From Eledone cirrhosa (lineage: Eukaryota), in assembly GCA_964016885.1 (NCBI GenBank), contig OZ024741.1:351292001-351356000 (forward strand): a stretch of 64,000 nt of DNA, read 5' to 3'. A program made the translations under genes and the position numbers. Positions 1 through 12,604 of the stretch are shown here, piece after piece (positions within the stretch are counted from its first letter, which is position 1; every line of letters starts with the position of its first letter). Below the pieces are notes generated by a model. That model saw only the letters and a list, made by a program, of their open reading frames with translations. It had not been told where the DNA came from and did no database searches.

Positions 1-1166
<1,166 letters not shown>

Positions 1167-1728
1167 GGTGGCTGCCAACTCGTTTTCGAGTACGGCCACT
1201 ACTTTATATCCATGTAGGAGAACCCCTACCGATGCGCTGAACGAATGTGACTTTTTAGTCCAGCCAGCGACTTGAAAACTCTGGTACAAAGACTACACTT
1301 GTGACCATTATTGACACATAGTGCAGGGCCCATGGTACCATGTGATGACAAGTGCAGAGAGATCTCCAGATATAAAGCAATGCCTGTGCTGTGAAGCTTT
1401 TATAGTGAGCAAAGTCACTGCACAAAGCCAGTCCCACTCTCTTAACCAAGATGATATTTACCAAAAAGAAGAACAAGTCAACATCATTGGATACCATCAG
1501 GGTTGCAGGTGTTATATCAGAGTTTTCCTTCTCCTAGAATTCTGCCTTGACAAAGGCTAAGGGGTCATCTCTCCCAGTGATTTTGGATGGCTATTGACTC
1601 TTAAGAGCTCCCTTGCCCTTTGACAGGTTTTGTTTTTAGTCCTGCAGGATGTCCAAAGTCACCCTCCTCACCAAGAAACCTTGGTGGGGTTGCCAGTTTA
1701 GTCGTAGCACCAACTGGTGACCTGACAT
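1167..1728 (-). mobile_element. RTE-related 5'UTR-like non-coding repeat
   Basis: Reverse complement of 1600-1728 (atgtcaggtc...gactaaactggcaaccccaccaag...gtgaggagggtga...ttggacatcctgcagga) aligns with 6982-7180 (+). 1420-1580 aligns with 16810-16970. Contains ctaggagaaggaaaactctga, a motif typical of RTE 5'UTRs. Confidence 0.5.
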
Positions 1729-1730
1729 AA

Positions 1731-3350
<1,620 letters not shown>

Positions 3351-3428
3351 CTTCCAGACCTTTATTAGCTGGCAGAAGGTTGTATATTTTGTCGTTCCTG
3401 GGACGTTTAGCCCTAGGATGGGAAAATG

Positions 3429-3509
3429 CTTCTCTGATGATCTTTGGTTTTCCATCATAAATCCATCGGATTTATGAGGTTTTACAAAGCGGAACTGATC
3501 AGTAGGGGC
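3429..3509 (+). ncRNA. Hammerhead ribozyme-like motif with extended stem II (one core substitution)
   Basis: CTGATGA (3434-3440); stem II ctttg...caaag enclosing hairpin tcataaatcc-atc-ggatttatga; GGAA in place of GAAA; palindromic stem III A-ctgatcag-T; cleavage triplet GTA; weak G.U-rich stem I. Confidence 0.55.
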
Positions 3510-3589
3510 CACTAGAAGAGGTAAATATTTATATTATATTTTTTAATGTATTTTGAAAAATTGATTGAATTTTACTTGTTCTGCTTATC

Positions 3590-3622
<33 letters not shown>

Positions 3623-3623
<1 letters not shown>

Positions 3624-3760
3624 TTATTCCGGGTTGAATCGGAGGTAACCACAGTAAGTAAGGTACTCAATACATAGCAGAGTATAAATGTTTTAATATA
3701 GAAGAGCTTCTATAGGACTAGAACTGTTTTATTCGTGAGAAATCGTCAGGATAGCCTCAG
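3623..3760 (-). mobile_element. Penelope-type pLTR terminus with decayed HHR (same family as 61081 and 63188)
   Basis: Shares gttattccgggttgaatcggaggtaaccacagtaagtaaggtactcaatac with 63188. Minus strand reads CTGACGA-tttctcacgaat-AAAA-cag...cta-TA (GAAA mutated). Confidence 0.7.
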
Positions 3761-3962
3761 ATGATATCGTCAGGATATCCTCAGATGATCTCCTCAGAAC
3801 GCCCATCCAGCCCCAACTATGTGTGGTAAATAGCCTCACCAACCCGCAATTACCCAAGCATGGTGAGTACGGCTACACCCCTGACATGACCAAACAGAAA
3901 GCCGTGGAGGTCAACCAGGGAGGGGTTCTTCCAACATGAGTGAGAAGGCTCTGCATTGGATA

Positions 3963-4005
<43 letters not shown>

Positions 4006-4167
4006 GGTTTGTTGGTTCACCACTGGATAGAACTGGTCATTCCGTATGGTCAACCTCGATGTAATATTATGGAGAGCACTCAACGTAATGCAACTCACCC
4101 GTCTTCGTTAGTGTAGTTGGTGGTGCGAGTACGGAGTTAATTATTGTAAAATATATATATATATAAT

Positions 4168-4215
<48 letters not shown>

Positions 4216-4246
4216 CACACACATATTTGTGTATGAGCATGTGTGT

Positions 4247-4303
<57 letters not shown>

Positions 4304-4395
4304 TACATAGTTTGCTTAGTTATTGCTTTTCATATAAAGAAGGTCAGTAATTTCCAAGTCATTCTCCATAAACCAATTTGCTACTTTCTTAGATC

Positions 4396-5294
4396 TGTAA
4401 CGGAATTCTCCTATAACTTACCCGGCGAAGATTCGAAACCGAATCTAAGAGTTCTCGCATCTGAGATTACCCATTATCGGGAGTTTCCCACGATCGCCCT
4501 GTCAAGAAACATGTATGATAAACGTACATACCACTTGACCTGTGATCCCAGCTTGAAAGAGGAAACACAGATGGTTAATCATAAATCAACTCATATACTC
4601 ATCCTTCTGGCTATAGCATTATTATAAATAAGGACTTAGGGAATCCAGCACGCAAACCGAAGCAAGCAGTCCGTGAGAGATAACGATGTAGGCATCAGTA
4701 GACCTTTTACTCTATCTCTCTCTCTCTCCTGGCCTTACTGGCTTTCACCTTCTCGGACACGGACTACGCCACCAGACAAGAGAGACCGAAGCAACAGTCC
4801 TTGAACGGAATAACGAATACTAAGATTCACACATACACACACACTCAAGGTCCATTATACTGTTTACTTTTGTGTTTTATCTATTCTTGCGTCTTCCTGT
4901 TGAATCACTTATATTGTATCGTCGTATTGATACATGCATGCACGCTAGCTTGAAGTAGCTAGCCAGTAATTAATGTAGTGATAAATTCTGTCAGATATTG
5001 TTATTGTAAAATAAACATTGTCAACATCACAATCATGGCATTATTCTTCTTATCAAACGGCGGCGGATTGGCAGTATCGGTAGAGGGTCGGACGCCATGC
5101 TTTGACGTATAGAGTTACGGCCCTTGCCATTCTGAATTCAAATCCCGCCGAGGTTTACTTTGCCTTTCATCCTTACGGGGTCGATAAAATAAAGTACCAG
5201 TAATGCACTGGGTAATTGCTGGCCTTGTGCCAAAAGTAGAAACAATTATTCTTCTTATCAAACATCCATCAAAGAATAACATTTATCCACTACA
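4396..5294 (+). mobile_element. Solo LTR (Gypsy-like, 4-bp TSD)
   Basis: Begins TGTAAC and ends CTACA; flanked by GATC at 4392-4395 and 5295-5298; internal TATA-like tataaata (~4623) and AATAAA (~5010). Confidence 0.7.
5059..5244 (+). mobile_element. tRNA-derived SINE (family A) nested in the solo LTR
   Basis: A-box tggcagtatcgg, B-box-like attcaaatccc, body tttgcctttcatccttacggggtcgataaaataaagtaccag; 19-bp TSD attattcttcttatcaaac at 5040-5058 and 5245-5263. Confidence 0.9.
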
Positions 5295-6029
5295 GATCTG
5301 TAGCCTAAAGTGGAAGATGCTGCATTATAGACTTGTAATTTGAAATTCTACCAGGAAATTTCTTGTTCAAGCGACACACATACATACGTGTACACACACA
5401 CACACACACACACACACTTATATAGTGTATAGGTGTGTGACGTTTAGTTACTGATGGTTCACCAGTTAGCATTCAATGCTAATATTTGGGTCCGCCTACC
5501 GATGTGAAATTCTACCTTTGGTATTTAACCATATTCGGTATCCTCAAGTAGCAGAGTATCAATATAACATAATATTGATATTTCGTTTCTGCTCCTTATT
5601 AAAACGCTCATGTAATGCTTTCATTCCAGTGTGGTGTCATTTGCTTACCTTACAACGGTTACGAGTCAGTTCTTCAACTGATCTTCTAATGACAAATTAT
5701 ATTTTATGGTACTAAGAAAAAGACATTTCTCACTGAAGAGAATTTCAGGCTTTAGATTTCTTAATTCTACTTTGTTTATTTTAACCATGGTAATTAGTGG
5801 ATTTTCTCTCTTAAGATTCAAAAGTATAATTTTCGTATAATTAGTAATGTCATATTTTTATATTCTGATTACTTTTGTATCTTGTCATATGTATTAATAT
5901 TGTTGCTGTAATATTCTCTTATAAGTGTGCTCTGGTTTAGGGATATTTCGCATCTTATTTCCATTGGGCTTTTTACAGAACAACAAAATCGAGATGTTTT
6001 TATTTCGATTTATTTTTGCTTGATTTTAG

Positions 6030-6060
<31 letters not shown>

Positions 6061-6070
6061 TGTATGTATG

Positions 6071-6933
6071 TTTTCTCTTTCTCTTAATTTTGAGTATATT
6101 TTTTGACCGGCCACCTTCCTGGTGGCAAGGTTGTAAAAGAAAAGAAATTGTCATCCCTTGAATCGCAAGAATGTTTTGCAAATTTTGAAGGTGCCAGCTA
6201 TCGCAGCCATTTGTAGACTATGAATTAGGGAGCTGCGCTTTTTGTCCGCAAATCCAAGTTCAGTCATACTTTGGTCCAAGCGGGTTGGTATATAACCCGT
6301 AGCACCAATAATGATGGGTATGAAGCTAAATGTGTATCTTGGATACTGGATTTGTAAACTCCTCATCAATGGTCCGTAGATGTCCTCCTTCTCCTGTATT
6401 TTTCTGACAACGTTTACATCAAGTGGGCAGCTGATCTCCACAACAGAACACGTTTTCAATGTGTGGTCCCAAACTACAATATCAGGCCGGTTGTGCTTTA
6501 ATTTGGTGGCAGTTTTTATTTTCAGGTTCCACCAGTATTCCTTAGTGCCATCTGTCTCAATATATTCTTCCTCGTTTGTTGTTGATTTTGTTTTCCGAAG
6601 TGCGTTCCAGATGGTTCTAGCTATCCCATCGTGTCTCATGGGGAGGTAGTAGCGAGATGACATTCTTTCGCAGCTGGCAACAATGTGGCTTACATCCTCA
6701 ATCTTTGTTTTACATAGCCTACATTTATTGTCAGCTGCTGGCCCTCCTCTTTTGTGCAGCAGATATTTGGTAGGGAGTTCTTGTTCCTGTATTGCATAGA
6801 GATATCCCTCAAGGTGTGATGTCATAAACTTGTCGGAACTCCATGCCAGGCTTTTTGAGTGGTTTATCCCCTCTATGGTCTGTGTTTTACGCCTCAAGTA
6901 TCCATGCACAACTTTTTCTGTAAATTGGTCAAT
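6071..6933 (-). mobile_element. R4/Dong-like non-LTR retrotransposon, 5'-truncated (zinc knuckle + restriction-like endonuclease)
   Basis: ORF 6151-~6933 encodes AIQEQELPTKYL, CRLC..E..SHIVASC, RHD, RPDIVV, VEISCP, K..K..Y; flanked on both sides by (TGTA)n. Confidence 0.85.
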
Positions 6934-6981
6934 TGTATGTATGTATGTATGTATGTATGTATGTATGTATGTATGTATGTA

Positions 6982-7183
6982 TATGTCAGGTCGCTCTCGA
7001 GTGCTACTGGTAACATGTGACCCAGTACGATTTGTTTCATGGTCGGGTCGTCGGCGACTAAACCAGCAACCCCACCAAGCTTGCTTAGTGAGGAGGGTGA
7101 TATTTGGACACCCTGCGGGATGAAATACAAGACCCGGCAAAGGGCGGAGGAACTCATCAGAGCCAACGGCCATCCAAATGGTA
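6982..7183 (+). mobile_element. RTE-related 5'UTR-like repeat fragment
   Basis: Aligns with the reverse complement of 1580-1728. Confidence 0.5.
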
Positions 7184-7626
7184 CTTTTTTTTTTTTTTTT
7201 TTTTTTTTTTACTTGGGAGTGAAAGGCCCCCAGTTGTCACAACATCTTTCTAAGATAAACTATGAAAACAAAAAAAAAACCTGCGGCGTCAGAAGCATCC
7301 GATGATTTGACCAGGTCTCCTTTTCGAGTAGTATTTTCGATGCTCCGAGAGTAGGATTGGTCGAGTGCAAGGCCTTTCCCCACTTAAAAAAACCTTCAAA
7401 ACACAGACATTGCTTTTCAGGATCTGTTACAGGTTCGTGTGGCTGGCCGTAGCCTGAAACTGCACCATTTCCTATAATCTGACAAGCGATTGCAATACTC
7501 TTAGCAGAGTTTACAGCCATCATGTATGTATGTATGTATGTATGTATGTATGTATGTATGTATGTATGTATGTATGTATGTATGTATGTGATATGTTGTA
7601 TATGTATGTATGTATGTGATATGTTG

Positions 7627-7658
<32 letters not shown>

Positions 7659-8099
7659 TGTATGTATGTATGTATGTATGTATTATTTATTTATTCATTA
7701 TTTATATATGTATATGACGGGATGTGTTGTATATATATGTCAACACAAACCGCCATCAATGACCTACAAATCTAATGCGATTAATTAGTTGTGTGTCCTA
7801 CATATTTCCAGTAGTTATCAGCACGATATTTCAACAGCCTATATTCCCCCCACCTCACCACAGCCACTTTTAAGTAATTCTCACAATTTTCCAGATTCCT
7901 GAAATGCAACATTTTACTCTCACAGTGATGAAAAGGAAGCCCATATCAAATATCCCCACGCCCGCGGGCGAGAAACAATGAAGGAGGCATGAAATTTCAT
8001 GATAATACAATGTATAGTGTGCATGTGCTCATGTATAGGGCTGATTGAGCACACACGTGCTTTTCATAAAAAATAAAAAAAATAAAAAACGTTCCTTCC

Positions 8100-8270
8100 T
8101 CTTCTCACTCTCTTCTATCTTTCTATTTCTTCTTTAAATTATCATTCTATTTTCTGATGAATGACAATCGTCCGAAACGTTATGACACTTTTCCCACTAT
8201 ATCAAGCGATAAACTAATACATATCTTCAGTGTACTGTTTACCCGTGTTGTTTCTCCTTGTTGGCCTTTC
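8100..8270 (+). mobile_element. Penelope pLTR-like module with decayed minimal HHR
   Basis: CTGATGA (8154-8160)-atgacaatcgtcc-GAAA-cgtt; downstream caagcgataaactaatac is shared with 46730-46840 and 36060-36160 (-). Confidence 0.55.
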
Positions 8271-8460
8271 ACACACACACACACACACACACGAGAAACA
8301 AATACAAATATGAACTGTGTTTAATTATTTGGAAGCCTGACAATTCATATTTGGTAAAAATGCCAGGGTAATAAAAAGTAGGATAAGAAGAATAAAGAAC
8401 ACAGCGAAGTAAAGTAAAAGAGTGAGGGCGATAGGAAGCTACCTTAACATTTTTTAATAA

Positions 8461-8498
8461 TCCCAAATATTTCGGATTTACCATCCTTTATCAAGGGG
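8461..8498 (-). ncRNA. Minimal HHR with variant U3-A8 core (left copy of an inverted pair)
   Basis: Reverse complement reads ccc-TTGATAA-aggat-ggtaa-atcc-GAAA-tat-TT-ggg. Confidence 0.6.
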
Positions 8499-8580
8499 AA
8501 TTCGATTTATCATTCAAAAATTTATGGAACTGCCGTCTACGACATTTCTTAGAGTTCTCTCTGTAGTCCTCCATACGGAC

Positions 8581-8619
8581 TCCCTTGATAATGGATGGTA
8601 AATCCGAAAATATTTGGGA
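8581..8619 (+). ncRNA. Minimal HHR with variant U3-A8 core (right copy of an inverted pair)
   Basis: tccc-TTGATAA-tggat-ggtaa-atcc-GAAA-atat-TT-ggga: stem I tccc/ggga, stem II ggat/atcc, palindromic loop III. Confidence 0.6.
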
Positions 8620-9229
8620 TTATTAAAAATTGGTAAGGTCTTCACTATTTTACTTTAATTCACCGTGTTCTTTTTTTTTCTTCCGACAATTTCAAAGGCT
8701 AAAAATAACTATATTTCATGCTTGAAGATTCCGTAGCTGATGACGTCTTATGTGGCTCATCAGACTTGCAAGGCACTTCCATGCCATATCGCAACGCTCA
8801 CATGTCAGTTTTTCTACAGCAGCATGCCTTTCGGGATACTGCGATTTGTAATGCTGAGTGAGTCCACTGGCTAACCTACACACTTTGTTACACACGTTTC
8901 AAGAGAAATTAACCTGGATGTCATATTGGTAGACGGTTGTGTTTCTTTTTTTTATTGAAGAAATTAGGGAAGATTTCGTCGTTCATAACTGTATTAATTC
9001 AATTAATTATTATATAAATAATAAACACAACCACAAGGATATGGTCCGAACGTAGAAGGGCCGAACTCCCACTGTCATCGCCTCCATCTCTCTCGGCCTC
9101 CCCATCTCTCTGTATAGTGAGCAAATGGGGTCCCACGTGCTGGCCTCCCCACAGCCCCGGCGGACAAAGTACCGGTCGGTCTCCGACAGGTTTGCGGTCA
9201 TTCCCTTGGCAGTGTTGTGTTTCTATGAC

Positions 9230-11270
9230 GTTGTTTGTGGTTAATTAGATCTGGAAAAGCAAACTTGGCCACATTCGTTGCGAGAGTTAACGTCTTCGAT
9301 ATATTTACCAGCTTGTTTCAACTTAGCATATGCAATTCTATAACAATCAGTTTTCTCCACTCCACTCTATCTGATGCAAGATCTTTCCATGTGTTAGTAT
9401 CGATGTTGAACTTTTCAATGGTGTCTTTTAGGTAGTCCTTATACACACGGACACACAACTAAGAGGGGTTAAATAATACATAAATCAAAGCGCCACGAGT
9501 GCGCCTGCGCACATGGACATAGACATTGCGACAGATCCTTCGCGACACACACACACACACATATATATTCATAGAATAATTAGAAAAAATCAACGCAAGA
9601 AAGCTGTTAAAACAGCAAAATGCCGTTTACTCGACAGCGTCGGGTAAAATTTACCTCAAAAGTCAGAAATCAGCGGCTTGAGGTGTGTTGGCCCGCAGAA
9701 GTGATAGGATGAAAGGAGAAAAGGAAAGAAATGGACGAGAGAAGATCACACAAACATTTATATATATCATCAGCTTTTAGACCGACTGTTTTTTTCTTTA
9801 ATAGTTGGTTGATAACCTGATTATTATCATCAAACCAATCTTTATATATTTTCGCCCTGAATCCAATTTCTTCTGATCCTGCTGTATACAACTGATTCCT
9901 GAAGTTTTGTCCACGTTCCATCAAAGTCAATATTATCAAAATGTTTATTCAAAGCCTACGCACCTTTTGCTGTTTTAGCTTCAAGTCGATTCTCCGGGTT
10001 ATTATGAAATCTATCATGTGGCCATCGTTTAACCATGGGTGTATCCAGGTAACTTTATGCTTCTTTTTTTTTGCGAAAGAATGTATTGCAAATTGCTAGG
10101 TTGAGTTCTGACCAGAGCTCAATTAGTTTCAGATCATTGGCATTCGTCTTCCCTATGCTGTAATAGCCAAGTGCATCCCATGTCTCATGGTCTCTGCCAA
10201 CTCGGGCATTGAAATCACCAAGAATTATCCCTTTTGCTTCAACTATAGTAGGTGTAATTACAATGCGATGGGATTTATAGAATGTCATAATACTTTCTTC
10301 GCTGGCCTGGAGAATTGGCGCATAAACTGACAAAATTGTTGCACGTTGCCCACATGCAAGTGGAATGCGCATCTTCATTATTCAGTCACCGATTCGAGAG
10401 GAATACTCTAAATGTTGTGCTAGAGTATTTCGCACTGCTAAACCTACATTACCATCTCGCCGTTCTCCTTTTGGTTTCCCTGTCCAGGAAAGTGTGAAAC
10501 CTCATGATGCTTCAGTCAGCTGATTACACCCTGAGAGACGTGTTTCTGACAAAGTTACAATATCTATATTCAATCTTTGGAGTTATTTCATTATTAGTGC
10601 GGTTCTTCTCTCTGGCCGGTTTGGTTCAAAAGGGTTCTAACATTCCAACAACAAATATTGAGTTTCACTCGATTGTTCATAAATGTTTTACTTTGTAATT
10701 CACGTTTTCTTTTCCTGCTTGAATGAACCGCCGCTAGCCGCAGTAAACTACCCAACGTTGATGTGACAGGTTATTTTCAATGCACCTTTTCTAGCACCTT
10801 CCCAAGAAATTGGGTGAGCATTGCCCTCCCTAATAGGGCTGCTCAGACACAGGCGTTTCCACCGGAGTTAGCCCCTGTAACAGGAAGACATACCAACGAT
10901 GTTATGATAAGACCTCTGTCACCTATGTGTAGATTTGCAACTATATGCTCCCAACTGGTCAGGTCTGCACACGTAGCCACTCCTCCATCGCCATAGGACT
11001 CTGCTGATAAAATGACATGAGAAGATCACAAAAGGGACATTTGTACATCATTGGATTATGGTGGCAAACGCTTGTACTACATGAGCACCACTCTCTAAGT
11101 TTCAGTGATTATTGATTGGTGACAAGCCTAAACCAGATTACCAGTAATCACATCAACCGTAGGTTTTATTTGAAAGTTTCTCCCTTTTACAAAGGTACTG
11201 TAACAACAGCTCGGGGTCCTTCACTCCCAGAGGATTTTGTTTTTACCCATCTGCGCGCAACCACATCTGT
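9230..11270 (-). mobile_element. Degenerate RTE (BovB-like) LINE: 5'UTR, APE endonuclease and 3' end fragments
   Basis: 10055-10378 encodes MRIPL...ATILSVYAP...GDFNARVGRD...LAICNTFF; 9670-9939 encodes KDWFDDNNQVINQLL; 9230-9450 encodes an RTE C-terminus (WKDLASDRVEWR); many stops. Confidence 0.8.
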
Positions 11271-11687
11271 AAATGAGTTGCAATAATTCGCTGACTTTTT
11301 CACACACACACGCGCGCGCGCAGAGACACACTTCACATATACTTATTTATTTCAATTCAGATTTCTAACATTTTTATGTATTTGATATAGTGTGTTTGTA
11401 TATGTATGTGTGTGTGTGTTTGTATGTGTGTGTGTATATATGTGTGTTTGTATGTGCGTTTGTGAGTTTGTGTGTGTCATGTAACAGGTATGTTAATTTT
11501 GCAACACAATATCATTTTAATATTTTTTAATTTACTTGTTTTATTTTTTAAACAATTTCATATTACTAAAATTATTATTATTTTTTTTTCCTTTGTTTAT
11601 TTAGTCGGCTGCCACAAGAGAAGGGAACAGCCCGTAGCTGATAAGACCGAGTTGCACATAAGAAAACCAGCTCGCTGAGCTCCAATT

Positions 11688-12205
11688 TTAACCCTTTCAT
11701 TACCATTTCTAAAGAAAGACACTGCCTATGTCATTAACCCTTTCATTACCATATTTCTAATGAAAGACAGTCTGCGTTATTAACCCATTCGTTGCCATAT
11801 TTCTAATAGCTATGTCATTATATACACTGCTTATGCCATTATCCCTTTTATAACCATGTTTCTAAGGAAAGACAATACCTATGTCATTAAACTGTTTGTT
11901 ACCATATTGCAAATGAAATATACTCTCTGTGTCATTAATCCTTTGATTATCATGTTGCTAATGAAAGAAACTGTCTATATTGTTTAACACCTTCATTACC
12001 ATATTTGTTTTAAAACTATTTTTGAAATAATCAAGAATTTGGAGATATTTAGTAATATAACTAACTTTCTAATTATTTTGTTGGGAACATAATAAAGGTT
12101 CTTACATAAAATTATGAGCGAAGGGTCTAAATAAATATAAAACAATAAAACAAATAACTTTATACCGTAAAACCTGGGTTGGTTCCCAGCTGTTTAATAT
12201 CAAAA
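11688..12205 (+). repeat. About 7 tandem ~47-bp units of a TTAA-MITE left end, followed by the MITE body
   Basis: Units ttaaccctttcattaccatatttctaatgaaagacact...gtca start near 11688, 11734, 11780, 11839, 11887, 11935 and 11983; body homologous to 27673-27924. Confidence 0.75.
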
Positions 12206-12604
12206 CATATGACAGGACAATGCCTGAAAGTTTAGTGAAGAGAAGAATGAACTAAGATAAGATGTTGTATAGCGATTGTGTCTTTGTGCTGTCAAAGGAA
12301 ACTAGGTTGTTGTCTTGTAATATTTGGAAGTTATTTTTCATTACGTCTCAATTCATAGAGGCAGTGTATGTTTAAATAGCAAAGAAGCGTGACTTAGACA
12401 TTATGGTGCACTTATTCTATCGTCTGTTGAGGGGAGAAAAGCAAATTTGACATTGGCGTGATTTGTAATGAAAACACAGAGGGACTGTATACTGAAAATA
12501 CAGCAAGCTATTTTGTTCGTTACTTTACCATAGTATAAACCTCAACAAAGAAATTAGTCTTAGAGAGAGAGAGAGAGAGATAGATAGATAGATAGATAGA
12601 TAAG

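Noticed and set aside
8738-8765. CTGATGA on both strands forming a small hairpin
   Set aside because: No GAAA or stem III in register
11688-12005. Regularly spaced repeats resembling a CRISPR array
   Set aside because: Units repeat along their whole length with no unique spacers; eukaryotic context and no cas genes
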